A program made the translations under genes and the position numbers. Of a DNA stretch of 64,000 nt, positions 30,963 to 42,533 are shown one piece after another (positions within the stretch are counted from its first letter, which is position 1; each line of letters starts with the position of its first letter). Origin of the DNA: Paramoeba atlantica (taxonomy: Eukaryota; Protista; Discosea); NCBI GenBank assembly GCA_977017575.1, contig CDRNVI010000016.1, positions 248,001 to 312,000 on the forward strand, written 5' to 3'. The notes under the pieces were generated by a model that worked only from the letters and a program-made list of their open reading frames with translations, did not search any database and had not been told where the DNA came from.

Positions 30963-33900
30963 TTGCATCGCAGAAATTTGCGGTCAGCGTTCTCTATGAG
31001 AATTCTACGACCCCCCTTCGCAATAAAAAAGAGAACTCATACTGCGTTAGTTCACCAAAAGCCTGGAGAAAATGTATACACCTGTATGAACAGTTCGGGA
31101 TCCTGTTCCTATCCTCTGCCCTCTGATGTAATCGGGTACCTTGAGCTTCTCGAGAGGGGTATGTGTCTCACTGATTTGGGAAATGGCTTAGTAGCTCATC
31201 GTCTTACATGGGGTGCTCCACAACTTTTTTTGTTTGGCTACATTCTTACATTTTTTTGTATGGCACGATACGTTATTGGTCCGTATTCTCTGACTTCATA
31301 TTTGCTCATGATGCATAATAGAATGTGTGCATCAGGCTTGCTATACGACATGATATTTTTGCACTTTAGAAGGTCCAAAGTATTAGAGCCTGCGCAGCTG
31401 AGTACTCGTAGCAACGTGAAAAGTTATGAAATACACATGACTCATTTGATAGCGTTCCATCTTCTCTGCACACTTGCGTGCAAATGGATCCATTTTGCAG
31501 TTAGTCGAAAAGCGGAGTGTAGTGCCGAGGTCTCTGACGGTTGGACTAGGACTAGGTCCGAACTTCAATTGCTTGCCCACATATATTTGCCCAAGACAAA
31601 TACAAACAACGTAGGTGTTTCTAGTCCGACAGAAAATGGTGCACGTTTCTTACAGAAATCAAATAAAGTAAACTGGATTTCCACATCTGTTTTAACATGT
31701 GTCTTACCATTCTGTACAGCGTTCGAGCTCGACCACATAATCTCATTTGTTTGGAAAGCCTGGCGAAGGCGCCAATCGCATCCGCAAAGAGCGAAATCAA
31801 TTTTGAAGGCATTAATCCAGAACGTATTCTTAGATTATGCTGTTAGCAGACAGAATATTCAAGAATTTTTACTGCACCACGATTGTTTCGTAAAGACTTT
31901 GACGATGTTTTCCAATGAACTCACGCATGATTTTGTTAGAAAACTTATTTCAGATTTAGCCTTTCTTGAGAAATACAGAAAAATAGAAGCGTTCGAAAAG
32001 CTTTTCGAGCTGCACGAGATAGTTCGCGCACAGTTTCCTTCAGTCCTTCCACTTTCCCGTCATTTTTATCTATTGCTACTCTCGGGACCGGCTTGTCGAA
32101 TTAGGACACGTTTAGTGGAATTCAAAGATGAAGACCTCCATGAATTTGTAGACTCCTGTTGGGAGGAGCTGAATCGGTATGTCAAACTGCTTTTAGAATC
32201 GTATCCAGAGCAGGTAAATAGAGGTTTTCTCGATGGAGCAGAACTGTGTACTTTGTGTCAAGGTGGGCGATTCTTCAGTGTGGCTCGACATCAAGATTAC
32301 AAACGACAGGTTTGGTTACTACTTGTAGAAAAGTTAAAAAGGGTATTTTCTTTGGGAGGTAGTCGAAATTGGCTTCTCAAGATATCTAAGAATACTGAAT
32401 TCCTATTTAACGCTTTCAAGGCGATAGAGGCATCCTCTGTTGAGGAGGCAGTATTGTTCGCGGGGGATTTGATTCGAGTCAGTGAATCTATGGAACGTTC
32501 CAAAACACCATTCCTCACGCCTACGTTTTACAGGATAGTGAGCAACTCACCATATCGCTTATTAAAAATTGATTTTTGGTGGAAATGTGGGTGCCCATAC
32601 GATGTGGATGAAATTTCTAGCACATCGGCACATCACAAGAAAAGGAAGTCGGGCATTTTTTCTCCAAGCGAGTTGTACAGCGTAAACTGGGGCGACAGTT
32701 GGCAATGCCATAGTAAAACGCATTCTTTTGAACATCATGAGAATCCTTCCATACGAGGTACGTGCTACTATTGTGGTGGCTACACCTGTCCTTGTGGTCG
32801 AACTTTTATTGAAGTAACTGACATTGAGGAGTGCCCTACTTGCAAAAGACCGTCACCCTTTTACGCTGGACTATCGAAAATAGGTGGATGGTTTTGCACA
32901 CAGTGCAAGTGCATCGTACTCTCTTCACAATGCTCCAAGTGCCAGAACTATAATAGCAAAGATCTATGGCGATGTTCTCAGTGCTGGAGTCAACACTTTC
33001 GACGCCAAAAGTTTTCGAGATGTTGCGGCGAGTGTGGCGAACCTGCACCGGGAACCACACTGCAAGAAAGCCGCCTAATAGAATGTTTTTGCTGTCAAAC
33101 GTATCATTTTCCTGAAATATTGGAAGAAGAATCTGCGAAAAGGAATCATGCGAATAAACAAGTAAAAAGCACCAAATCCACAGATGATTTTCCGGATTCA
33201 CGGAATTGTTGTAAAAAGTGGATTGGAGCCAATTCAAAAGAGGTTACCGAAAACACTGTAGACTACTTTGTCTGGCAGTGTGGATGTGGCACGCAGAACC
33301 CACCCCATATGTTGTCATGCAGAGAGTGTACTTCGGATGGATTTACTTGTTCTTTCTGTCTTACAGGACAAAAAACTCGAAAGCACCCCCCGACCGCATC
33401 GGCCGAGAATCCCTCTGATTTGAAAATACCAGATGTGTGTCCCGATCGTGCAATGTTGCATCCGTGTCAAAATTGTTACGCTGACCATCCTCGGTACATC
33501 GCTCGACATCGACCTAATCTGTGGTGGTGTGCAATTTGTTCCCTAGTAAGTTCCTTACAAAATAAGGAATCGCAATGCCCCCACGTTCCTCGATTCTTGT
33601 ACACCGATTCATCTTGGACGTGTGTAAATTGTGGCGAATGGAACAACAAACATCTTCCCAAAAATATGAAGTGCGTCTCAGAGATTGATGTGTGTGTAAG
33701 GTGCAACTTCCGTCGACCTTTGGGATACAGTCCAATGATGCAGTGGACTTGTCAACATTGTAATGCTCAAAGAGTAAGAGGTCCAAGATGTCCCAGATGT
33801 TGGGCCCCTCATCCAGGCGTAAATGTACACATTTGGAAGTGCTCGTCGTGTTGGTTGTGGAACCTGAGTTGGAGAGCAAAGTGTTTACGTTGCCAGATTC

Positions 33901-34481
33901 CGCGCTCGTCTTCGAAGAGCGAGACCATGCGCTACGTTTCGTGGCGGTGTACATCCAAGAGTTGTTCTCAAGATTCACCAGGTGAGCGAATGGGGCGTTG
34001 TGCACGATTATCTTGCAAGGGAATTCGCCCTGCGGAAACATATCAAAACACTACGGAGACAGATACGCATACTGAGGTCTTCGTGCAGTATCTTAATCAA
34101 GTTCGAGAGTATCTTACACGTACTTTAGGTACTGGTAAGTCGGTTCTCCGAAGTTCGAAGCCCCTAAATTTAGGTTATACACTGAACTCTGCAGTATACC
34201 CCAGTATGCGACTTTGCCAAACACTAGATAAGATAACAGACAAACTTAGACCCACACAAAATAGCTCTGCTTCATGTGTACCCGAGCACAAAAAAATGCT
34301 TGGAGCTAAGTTCAATGTTATGCCGGTGTCTTTGCAGAACAGTTGTGGCACCTTGCTTGCGAACCCGGAACACTTCGCATTCACCGAAATTACTGATGAG
34401 TTTTGTTCGAAAAAGATGTTTGTCCATGATACACGTGAATCTTCTTTTGAGTCGTTTCTAAGAATAATTTTGACGACTTGA
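30963..34481 (+). CDS. Large protein with a C-terminal array of RanBP2-type/zinc-ribbon fingers (start uncertain)
   Basis: Repeated W-x-C-x2-C motifs (WFCTQC, WRCSQC, WQCGC, WTCVNC, WTCQHC, WKCSSC, WRCTSKSC) after a helical N-terminal half. Confidence 0.75.
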   Translation: MHRRNLRSAFSMRILRPPFAIKKRTHTALVHQKPGENVYTCMNSSGSCSYPLPSDVIGYLELLERGMCLTDLGNGLVAHRLTWGAPQLFLFGYILTFFCMARYVIGPYSLTSYLLMMHNRMCASGLLYDMIFLHFRRSKVLEPAQLSTRSNVKSYEIHMTHLIAFHLLCTLACKWIHFAVSRKAECSAEVSDGWTRTRSELQLLAHIYLPKTNTNNVGVSSPTENGARFLQKSNKVNWISTSVLTCVLPFCTAFELDHIISFVWKAWRRRQSHPQRAKSILKALIQNVFLDYAVSRQNIQEFLLHHDCFVKTLTMFSNELTHDFVRKLISDLAFLEKYRKIEAFEKLFELHEIVRAQFPSVLPLSRHFYLLLLSGPACRIRTRLVEFKDEDLHEFVDSCWEELNRYVKLLLESYPEQVNRGFLDGAELCTLCQGGRFFSVARHQDYKRQVWLLLVEKLKRVFSLGGSRNWLLKISKNTEFLFNAFKAIEASSVEEAVLFAGDLIRVSESMERSKTPFLTPTFYRIVSNSPYRLLKIDFWWKCGCPYDVDEISSTSAHHKKRKSGIFSPSELYSVNWGDSWQCHSKTHSFEHHENPSIRGTCYYCGGYTCPCGRTFIEVTDIEECPTCKRPSPFYAGLSKIGGWFCTQCKCIVLSSQCSKCQNYNSKDLWRCSQCWSQHFRRQKFSRCCGECGEPAPGTTLQESRLIECFCCQTYHFPEILEEESAKRNHANKQVKSTKSTDDFPDSRNCCKKWIGANSKEVTENTVDYFVWQCGCGTQNPPHMLSCRECTSDGFTCSFCLTGQKTRKHPPTASAENPSDLKIPDVCPDRAMLHPCQNCYADHPRYIARHRPNLWWCAICSLVSSLQNKESQCPHVPRFLYTDSSWTCVNCGEWNNKHLPKNMKCVSEIDVCVRCNFRRPLGYSPMMQWTCQHCNAQRVRGPRCPRCWAPHPGVNVHIWKCSSCWLWNLSWRAKCLRCQIPRSSSKSETMRYVSWRCTSKSCSQDSPGERMGRCARLSCKGIRPAETYQNTTETDTHTEVFVQYLNQVREYLTRTLGTGKSVLRSSKPLNLGYTLNSAVYPSMRLCQTLDKITDKLRPTQNSSASCVPEHKKMLGAKFNVMPVSLQNSCGTLLANPEHFAFTEITDEFCSKKMFVHDTRESSFESFLRIILTT

Positions 34482-34793
34482 TAAGATTTGGTTGATAAGA
34501 TGCAGCATATTTGTCAAATATCTTGGTCAGATTTTGACCAACGAAAAAATGAATACATGGAGAGTTTGTTCAAGAATATCCACTATTGTTGAAAAAAACA
34601 CTGTTTTAAAGCCTATTTTTTCTTTTATGTCGCTGTGGGGGGTTGCATGTCATTAAGTAGCCATATTACTATTTACCTAAATTTGCACTCCTTTTCCGCG
34701 TCTTCTGACTTTTTACCTATTTTACCTATAATTTCGAGATTTAGATTTGTACTTGAAAGTCACAGGTGAACATATAATGGTGTATCGCACCTA

Positions 34794-36458
34794 ATGACGG
34801 AAATAGTTAGTACTTTTGCGTGTTCTTGTCACAAGCCACCGCGTATATGGGTTCCTGATGAAAAAGCTACAAACGGAAAATGGTATCGCATAAAAGATAC
34901 CTATAACCATGTTGAAGGCAAATGGACTGTGCTCTTAGAAAACCCGTTGCATAGTGAACCTGCGGGAAAAAAGTTTTGCGAATGTCAGAAACCATTGGAT
35001 AAAAAGAGAAAGCCAGTTCACGTATGTAATCTCGTACAATATCGTGATTGTGTTCTAGCTCAGATAGACAGCACTTTACACCAACCAGTGACTCGAATAA
35101 GGCTTATTGCTGTTGCGCTATGTGGCGAGTCCACTTGGTGGCTTGGGAAAAGCCGAGAAAGTGTCCCACATCCTTCAGCCGAGTTAATCTCAGGACACTA
35201 CTTATATCCTTTGCGGCAACATGGATCTGGAGGTGGACGCCTCTACTCTGAAAAAAAGCATGATATGAAGGAACGTTTTCAAACACAAGCTATGATTCAT
35301 ACCGACGTCCCATATGAAGCCTTAGGCGGTTTCTACGAAGTTGCTCGTGAAACAGAAAAAGAACTTGACATACGCTTTAGGGAACTTTTAAAAAGGGAGA
35401 GGTTTGAGGCTGAAAATATGCATTCTGATTCATCGAAAAACCGGTGTACAAGTAAGCTCAAAAATGAAGATAGATTAGTCAGGCTAAAAGGCAAAAAACG
35501 AAAAAATAATGTAGCCACCGACGAAGTCAGTGAGGAAAAAGTAGGAGACGCCAAATCATCTGTTAAAAACGAGAGAGATTCTCAAGTGTCAGATAAAAAA
35601 GAAAGTGGCCGAATTACAAAAAACGACCAAATTCGATACGCCTTGCAACGAATTAATGCTGACACTTGGACATCGTGTCTGATACCGAACTCCAAACAGG
35701 AAATGAAGAACATGATTGAGAGTGGTATGCTTGGCGAAACGAATTTGATGCGGCTTGTGAAATGTTCACCCTCCGTGTTTTGGAGCATTCGGACGGAAGT
35801 CTGGCGATGCGTCTTATGCGCCGGTCAGGATGAAACGATTAGTTGTTGCCGGAGCTGTAGACAGTTTTATCATTTATCACCAACCATAGGATGTCCTGGA
35901 AAATTGTTCCATAACTTAAATACCTGTGAAGAATGTTTTTCGATACAACTTGGTGCCGGTTTACATTGGGCTCACGATCCCGTAATGGATAGCTTTTTGG
36001 TAGCGATTATGTCTAAGCAGATGCGTGACATGCACGCGGAAAATTTTCGGGATCCTGATCGTTTATCTAATGAGAAATTCAAAGATCCGACGCGTAGTAA
36101 CATAGCTTCAGCACAGTGCCAACAGTCTAGACCCGATTTAGTGAGTGAAGCTTTCGAAACCTCTAGCAAAGTGTTTCGAACCGATGTTTCCATGAAGAAT
36201 TCTGTTAACGACGTTGCAATAAAAATGCGTGACTCCGACGGAGCAACAACTACTATTTTATCCGAAGGAACTCGAACCTTAGAAAATACGACGACAAGTT
36301 CAAAGCCCACGAAATTTGGGGCATTTCGGAGAATTCTCTTTAGACAGAGAGCTCAAGATTCGGATACGTCGCTAAAAATTAAAATTAAAACAAGGGAGAA
36401 CACAGGGATAGAAGACAATAAGAAAAATCTGAGACTTACTGTCTTTCTTCGAAAATAG
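34794..36458 (+). CDS. Hypothetical protein with a PHD-finger-like motif
   Basis: CVLC..CRSC..H..C..CEEC (C4HC3 spacing); basic NLS-like KGKKRK; low-complexity tail. Confidence 0.65.
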   Translation: MTEIVSTFACSCHKPPRIWVPDEKATNGKWYRIKDTYNHVEGKWTVLLENPLHSEPAGKKFCECQKPLDKKRKPVHVCNLVQYRDCVLAQIDSTLHQPVTRIRLIAVALCGESTWWLGKSRESVPHPSAELISGHYLYPLRQHGSGGGRLYSEKKHDMKERFQTQAMIHTDVPYEALGGFYEVARETEKELDIRFRELLKRERFEAENMHSDSSKNRCTSKLKNEDRLVRLKGKKRKNNVATDEVSEEKVGDAKSSVKNERDSQVSDKKESGRITKNDQIRYALQRINADTWTSCLIPNSKQEMKNMIESGMLGETNLMRLVKCSPSVFWSIRTEVWRCVLCAGQDETISCCRSCRQFYHLSPTIGCPGKLFHNLNTCEECFSIQLGAGLHWAHDPVMDSFLVAIMSKQMRDMHAENFRDPDRLSNEKFKDPTRSNIASAQCQQSRPDLVSEAFETSSKVFRTDVSMKNSVNDVAIKMRDSDGATTTILSEGTRTLENTTTSSKPTKFGAFRRILFRQRAQDSDTSLKIKIKTRENTGIEDNKKNLRLTVFLRK

Positions 36459-36924
36459 TATTGCTGTATTAAATGTGATTTCGTCGCAGATTGGAGTTTG
36501 CATATCAATTGGATGTTCACCGTGAAAACTTTAGTGTCACAATGTTTTAAATGACATGTGTGTACAACTCTGCTTAACAGAGCTGCACGTGCCATACAGT
36601 ACAGTAGTGTAGAGTTATGTACAGTGCTTATTCTATTCGTAGACCCTTCCCGTGTTTCCTGCTAAGTACGCTGAAGCAGGCTGCTTCCTTTAGCTTTTCA
36701 GCGAAACATCCTAATGAATGGTGCCAAAGAATGATCTCTATTAGCAATAGAATGACACATTAGTATTATAATATTAGTACTATAGTAACATAATGTCGAT
36801 CAAGAAAAATGGACGCGGTGACCTAACTTGAGAGGCACTTACCGAAATGATATTAGGTCATGCTCTGTACTGTTTCCCTATTTCATTCTTAAATCGAATC
36901 TTTCAAGATCCGTATTACTAAATT

Positions 36925-38109
36925 ATGTCACTCGATTCCTCCCCTGTTGCGCGGTATTATGAACAGGAAATCCGTGAATTACAGTCGAAATTGCATGAAA
37001 AAGAACGGACCTACGCGCGCATAGAATCTCAACGAGCCGAATTAAATCGACACGTCAGACATTTAAAAGAAGAACTCCACTTACTTATGGAACCTGCATC
37101 CTCCGTAGCGGAAGTGGTGCACGTCCTAGGAAAGGATAAATGTTTGATTAAGATTAGCGCACAAGGAAAGCAGGTCGTGGGTATTCACAAGGACGTTGAT
37201 ATTTCCAAGCTTACGCCCAACACACGTGTTGCGCTGCGCGCGGATAGCCAAGAGTTGCATTACGTTCTTCCCACCAATGTCGATCCTTTGGTTTCCCTGA
37301 TGCGAGTTGAGAAACAGACCGGTAGTACTTACGACGAAATTGGCGGCCTTGGGAAGCAAATTAAGGAAATTAAGGAGGTAATTGAGCTCCCAGTGAAACA
37401 TCCCGAACTTTTTGACGCGCTGGGCATTGCGCAGCCCAAAGGGGTGCTGCTCTATGGCCCCCCAGGGACGGGAAAAACGCTTCTGGCCCGTGCGGTGGCC
37501 CACCATACAGATTGCACGTTTATCCGGGTCAGCGGAGCGGAACTAGTGCAGAAGTACATTGGTGAAGGAGCACGTATGGTTCGGGAGTTGTTCGTGATGG
37601 CCCGCGAACATGCTCCAAGTATTATTTTTATGGATGAAATTGACTCCATTGGGGGCTCTCGCATGGACAGTGGCTCCAATAGTGACAGTGAGGTGCAACG
37701 GACGATGCTAGAGTTGCTGAACCAGCTGGACGGCTTCGAGGCTTCAAAAAAGATCAAAGTTATCATGGCCACCAATCGTATGGATATTCTAGACGAAGCA
37801 CTTCTTCGCCCGGGACGAATTGACCGCAAAATTGAGTTTCCCGCACCGGATGAGTCTGCACGAGCGGATATTTTGCGTATTCACAGCTCTCGTATGAACT
37901 TGATGCGAGGTATTCACTTAGAAAAAATAGCGGCCAAGACCAACAATGCGAGTGGGGCGGAGCTGAAAGCGGTGTGTACTGAGGCTGGAATGCTTGCGTT
38001 GCGTGAACGACGTGTCCACGTCACCATGGAGGACTTTGAAATCGCTGTCGCGAAAGTAATGCGAAAGGATGGAGACAAGGACGCCTCAATGGGTAAAATG
38101 TGGAAATAG
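36925..38109 (+). CDS. RPT6: 26S proteasome regulatory ATPase subunit RPT6 (PSMC5/SUG1)
   Basis: [58 protein letters not shown]; Walker B IIFMDEID; SRH region. Confidence 0.97.
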   Translation: MSLDSSPVARYYEQEIRELQSKLHEKERTYARIESQRAELNRHVRHLKEELHLLMEPASSVAEVVHVLGKDKCLIKISAQGKQVVGIHKDVDISKLTPNTRVALRADSQELHYVLPTNVDPLVSLMRVEKQTGSTYDEIGGLGKQIKEIKEVIELPVKHPELFDALGIAQPKGVLLYGPPGTGKTLLARAVAHHTDCTFIRVSGAELVQKYIGEGARMVRELFVMAREHAPSIIFMDEIDSIGGSRMDSGSNSDSEVQRTMLELLNQLDGFEASKKIKVIMATNRMDILDEALLRPGRIDRKIEFPAPDESARADILRIHSSRMNLMRGIHLEKIAAKTNNASGAELKAVCTEAGMLALRERRVHVTMEDFEIAVAKVMRKDGDKDASMGKMWK

Positions 38110-38455
38110 TGCGTGCGTAAGAAGGCATGCGGGTGAATTATGCACAAATTTGCAGTGAAATTTAAATACACTCGCAATATTTCGGTATTTAATACAAAAC
38201 CTTCGTGTGAGATGAAATCACATTCTTTCAGTTTAGTTATCTGCATCAGTGTACGTCTACGAATAGTACAATGTGGCGAAGTCGTTAATTTTTTTTAAAT
38301 ACATTTGTACTGAATGAATGGACGGAATGCACGTAACCAAAGCTCCGTTATTATACCTATTATGTATGTCAGCTACAAAAATTGGCTATAATTGGGAAAG
38401 ATTCGCTTTGCACACAACTCAGTGACTTGAAGGATGTCGTAAATTTTTTGTGGCA

Positions 38456-40492
38456 ATGATTTCCTCCCCTGATCAGGTTTGTGTTGACACAAAGCAATGC
38501 GTTAAAGATATACAATTCGATGAGATGTGGGATATACTCGCCCGTAAAATTGCTCTTTTGTTTGATGAAGCAGCTTTATGGAATGTGAAAGATGACCGTA
38601 GGGGTATGTCGAAAGAATTGTTGGATTGTCATCATATTGTTTATCTGCTCTGCACATCTTCGAACATTCAATGCCACGATATTGTATACGAACGCTTCAA
38701 ACAATGGCTCAGCGACAATTTAGACGAAAAGCTTAAGTCGTACATAAAAGCCTACGATGTCTGCCCATTGAGGCGGAGAGATTTTTTAGGTACGACGAGC
38801 GCTTTGTACACTTTTTGCGACACGATACGAGCGTGGATCTCGGTCATATTTCACTACGTTGATCAACATTACTCTGTTCCCTACTGCCGCGATTGTGTAG
38901 CGATTGTATTTTGTCGAGCTATTCAAAACCTGGCTGCTCCATGCGTGACAGGTTTAACCAACGCAATCCTGCATTGTGTAGAACGACAACGAGAAGGAAG
39001 CTTGTTAGTGCCGGAGGCTACATTCCATAACGCCGTTCGATTCGTAGAAGAAATTGGAATCGGGTCTGCGGAGCAAGATGAAACCTTATGTTCCTATCAT
39101 AACACATTCATTAAACCTCTACTCCACGCAACAGAAAGCTATTATCGGCGCAAGAGTAGAAATCGTTTGCGAAGTCATGGTTTAAGTGGGTATTTAGAAT
39201 GGACGCAGGAACACTTAGACAATGAGGCCTCTGTTGCCCTTGCGTTCAACACTATGACTGCGGAGTGCCTTCTAGCGGATACACGATTCGAACTCTTGCT
39301 TTCACACAGTAGACAAATAATTCAAGATTCGGAGTTTGGTTTTCTTCGCATACTTGAAGAGGAGAACACTAATTCATTACGACGCATGTATAGTTTGCTC
39401 TTTGAAATGCCTAGTGCGAGAGATCTCTTCAAATCCATATTCTCTTCCTATGTGAATCAAAAGGTTGATACCTTGCGCGACACAAACTCTGTATTAGAGG
39501 TCTTCGAGTTGTTTAACCACATAGGTTCTTTAGTCAAGCATTTTGAACCTGGTCAGAAAACGTTTGTTGACGCACAGGTGAAGAGTTTCTCCACTATTGA
39601 TATGAATAGACAAAAATCCTATTCGGGTATGAAACAGCAATTTGAAGAGACACTGTGCAGTATGGTTGATAGACTTTTGCGCAGAGATCCAGTTTTAGAA
39701 TTTGGTTCCTACGCCGAATTCTATTCTGAGGTAGAGACCTATTCCAGATTTTCTACTTTGTTTTGCGATTTTGCTGTCTTTAATAAGTTGCACGCTCTAG
39801 CATTAGCCAAACGATTGCTCGAGCGCACTACTGAGGAGCAAATTAGTATAGAAACCCTTTTCATTGAAAACATTGAAGCAAAGAACGGATTATTTGATAC
39901 CAGCAAATTGCGTGGTATGATTAAGGATTGTAAAATTTCGCTTCAATTGGCCGAGAACTCTTCTAATGACAGAAGGAATAGCATTTCGTGCCCCCGCCAT
40001 GCACGATTCGCCCACTTTAGGAATTGGCCAACGACTCTATTTGAACCTGAGAACTCGAGGGAGCACCCCATCAGTCAGGAGCTTTATGATGTATGTATGG
40101 AAGCGGAACAACATTTTATCAAATCGTGCCCTTCATTCAATACGAGGAAGATTCGATGGGTGCATCGACTCGGAACAGCCTCGTTGCTCCTGACACATGA
40201 CAACACAGAAATTCATGTGGAGCTTCCCATTCCACACGCCTGCGTGTTGTTGAAAGTGGGCCAGAAAAAACGTATTACTGTACATGACCTTCTGCGTGAA
40301 CTACATTTAGCGGATAATACAGGCTTGCGTTTTATAGAATCGCTTGCCTTCGGTGCTGAGGACACATTCCTTGTTGTCCATAGTCGAAATGCGAATCACA
40401 AATATTGGCCTCCTTTGGAAACTACGGACCTGTTATCGCTTCGGCTAGTCTCAGAATTCACACCTACTTCTAACCTTTCTTCGTGCTTGTAA
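38456..40492 (+). CDS. Divergent cullin-family protein lacking the C-terminal neddylation domain
   Basis: FDEMWDIL..IVYLLC..VYERF N-terminus, ATESYY, LRRMYSLL, LAKRLL, KLRGMIKD..S, RKIRWVHRLG. No IVRIMK-like motif before the stop. Confidence 0.8.
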   Translation: MISSPDQVCVDTKQCVKDIQFDEMWDILARKIALLFDEAALWNVKDDRRGMSKELLDCHHIVYLLCTSSNIQCHDIVYERFKQWLSDNLDEKLKSYIKAYDVCPLRRRDFLGTTSALYTFCDTIRAWISVIFHYVDQHYSVPYCRDCVAIVFCRAIQNLAAPCVTGLTNAILHCVERQREGSLLVPEATFHNAVRFVEEIGIGSAEQDETLCSYHNTFIKPLLHATESYYRRKSRNRLRSHGLSGYLEWTQEHLDNEASVALAFNTMTAECLLADTRFELLLSHSRQIIQDSEFGFLRILEEENTNSLRRMYSLLFEMPSARDLFKSIFSSYVNQKVDTLRDTNSVLEVFELFNHIGSLVKHFEPGQKTFVDAQVKSFSTIDMNRQKSYSGMKQQFEETLCSMVDRLLRRDPVLEFGSYAEFYSEVETYSRFSTLFCDFAVFNKLHALALAKRLLERTTEEQISIETLFIENIEAKNGLFDTSKLRGMIKDCKISLQLAENSSNDRRNSISCPRHARFAHFRNWPTTLFEPENSREHPISQELYDVCMEAEQHFIKSCPSFNTRKIRWVHRLGTASLLLTHDNTEIHVELPIPHACVLLKVGQKKRITVHDLLRELHLADNTGLRFIESLAFGAEDTFLVVHSRNANHKYWPPLETTDLLSLRLVSEFTPTSNLSSCL

Positions 40493-40820
40493 ACGTTTCG
40501 AGCCTTCTTCGGACATAAACGACCGCTGTGATGCGTATCATATACAAGGTACACGGTTCCACATCACTGCGGCTGATGAATAGCCTGACGATCGTTTACA
40601 TTATTTTAAAAAGAGTTGGCTCGGTACATTAGTTCGTGTACATTTGGTTCTATAGTGTAGCAGTGTTAGTAGTGGAACTATTTCCGAAAACTAGGAAGCA
40701 AATACAGAGCTTCATAGTTATCAAGCTTCTTTACTTTATGAAGATGCAACATTACACTAGTACTAGTGTAGAACTGTTATTTTACACAAAGAACCAATTT
40801 CTCTGTACTATTGACTATTG

Positions 40821-41624
40821 ATGCAAATCCTGCCAGGGAGCTACGCGACGCCAAAAGCAATCAGCGCAGCAGATACTTGTATGCCACATAGAGGTAAAAC
40901 GCATCGGACGCTACTTCCCCTGGAGATGCAGTTGATGCGCTTTGTGCAGAACCTTTCTACTTCCGTTCTTTCCTGGAACGACACTATTCCGGGATGTGAA
41001 TGGGAATTCGTTGAATGTGATGAAAACGGCGTTGGGAAGAGAATACATTGGCGTGACACAGTAATTAGCGGGACTCCTGCATGGGAAGAACTGCCCGATA
41101 CTTTTACATCACTTCAATTGGACGAGAACCAATTGAGTGGAGACGTACGATTCGGCACCCTCCCCAAAATGCTGGAACAGCTGATAGTCGGAACGAACGA
41201 ATTTATCGGCAACGTCGCTCTCTCGGACGCTCCGTCAACGTTGCGTCGCGTAGATGGGAATTGGAATCGATTCAATGGCGTTATATGCCTGGATAGTGTT
41301 CCTCCCATGATGGAAACACTCGACTTCGCGGAAAACTTACTTGTAGGGACGATTGATTTTTCGCAATTTCCTCATACGCTTCAGCGAGTTAGCTTGGATT
41401 TTAATGCGCTTAGCGGAACAGTAGATTTTACGCAACTCCGCGAGGGAATACAGTATCTTTGGCTGTCAAATAATTCATTTGAAGGTATTGCAGATATTCA
41501 AAATCCGCCGTCCTCGCTTCTTAAGTTTTCGATACATGGGAACAACTGGTCTCGGATTGTGCTTCCGTCGCAGGGATGGCAAAAGGGAATAGATGGTTCC
41601 TGCTATTCACGCCGTGTACGGTGA
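40821..41624 (+). CDS. Leucine-rich repeat protein with an LRRNT-like cap
   Basis: SWNDTIPGCEWEFVEC cap followed by about six 24-aa repeats (LP..L..L.L..N.L.G.V.). Confidence 0.85.
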   Translation: MQILPGSYATPKAISAADTCMPHRGKTHRTLLPLEMQLMRFVQNLSTSVLSWNDTIPGCEWEFVECDENGVGKRIHWRDTVISGTPAWEELPDTFTSLQLDENQLSGDVRFGTLPKMLEQLIVGTNEFIGNVALSDAPSTLRRVDGNWNRFNGVICLDSVPPMMETLDFAENLLVGTIDFSQFPHTLQRVSLDFNALSGTVDFTQLREGIQYLWLSNNSFEGIADIQNPPSSLLKFSIHGNNWSRIVLPSQGWQKGIDGSCYSRRVR

Positions 41625-41976
41625 CGTAATGAATATGGTTATTCAGAAAAGAATCGAGTCTGTTTTGGAGCCTTGACACAAGCTAAACTAGGAGATAAGC
41701 AAGAGTATTCGTGGTGAAATAAAAGAGACGTTTAGGCATTTCAGCAAAACGTTGAAGCCATAAAATCTGTGTTTAAAAGTTGGGTTTAACAAATATATTT
41801 TTCATGGAGGTTGACAATTTTATTCCAACCATTACGTTTTTTTTTGGCTCAAAGACGTACATGCATTTGAATTCATTTAAGAATCAGAACAAATCGTCCC
41901 CACTTTAAAAACTATGCAGATATCCTGTAAATAAATTAATTAATTCAAATATACCTACGTGATACGTACGCATGTA

Positions 41977-42004
41977 CAGGGGGGATCACCAATATCGGGA
42001 CACC
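41977..42004. mobile_element. Solo Tc1-type terminal sequence
   Basis: TA|CAGGGGGGATCACCAATATCGGGACACC resembles the TIR at 61548. No partner found; it may be the 3' end of the Tc1 copy at 42534-43138. Confidence 0.5.
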
Positions 42005-42533
42005 TCCCATTTTTGTGACATGTGTCCGTTTCACCTGATTTTTGTTGCAAAAGAGAGATCTCGACGCGAATATGATCGGAACGAGATTTTGCGCTTATTT
42101 AAACACACTTGTAAAAAATGGTATAAAAAACTAAAAAAAATCTCCAAAAAATATGCAAATTTATGTAAAAATTGTGCAAATCCCGTTAAAATTGTCTATT
42201 AAAGAGTACAATTCTCTTTTATTTAGTTGCAAATGGGAAAACGACATACAGTCAGCAAAAAAACCGTTCGAATGTTTCGGTTTTTTTTTCTTTTGTATAG
42301 AGCTATTGATTAAATATCACCGTTGCGCTGGTAATGTGTGCTAGTAGTGTAGGCATGAGTGTCACCTAATAGTACCCGTAGATAGTTCACTTCAGTTCGT
42401 TCTACCAAAGAAATAAGAATGAATATAAAAAAGTTTAGCATTTGAAAGGTTTTTTTGCTACCTATTATGGAGAAAATCTTGTCCTAAAAAATAGATGAAA
42501 CGTAATCGCCCAAGAGAGATTATGCCCGTAAAA

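Noticed and set aside
37126-37829. Antisense ORFs over RPT6
   Set aside because: Typical antisense shadows of conserved AAA ATPase genes.
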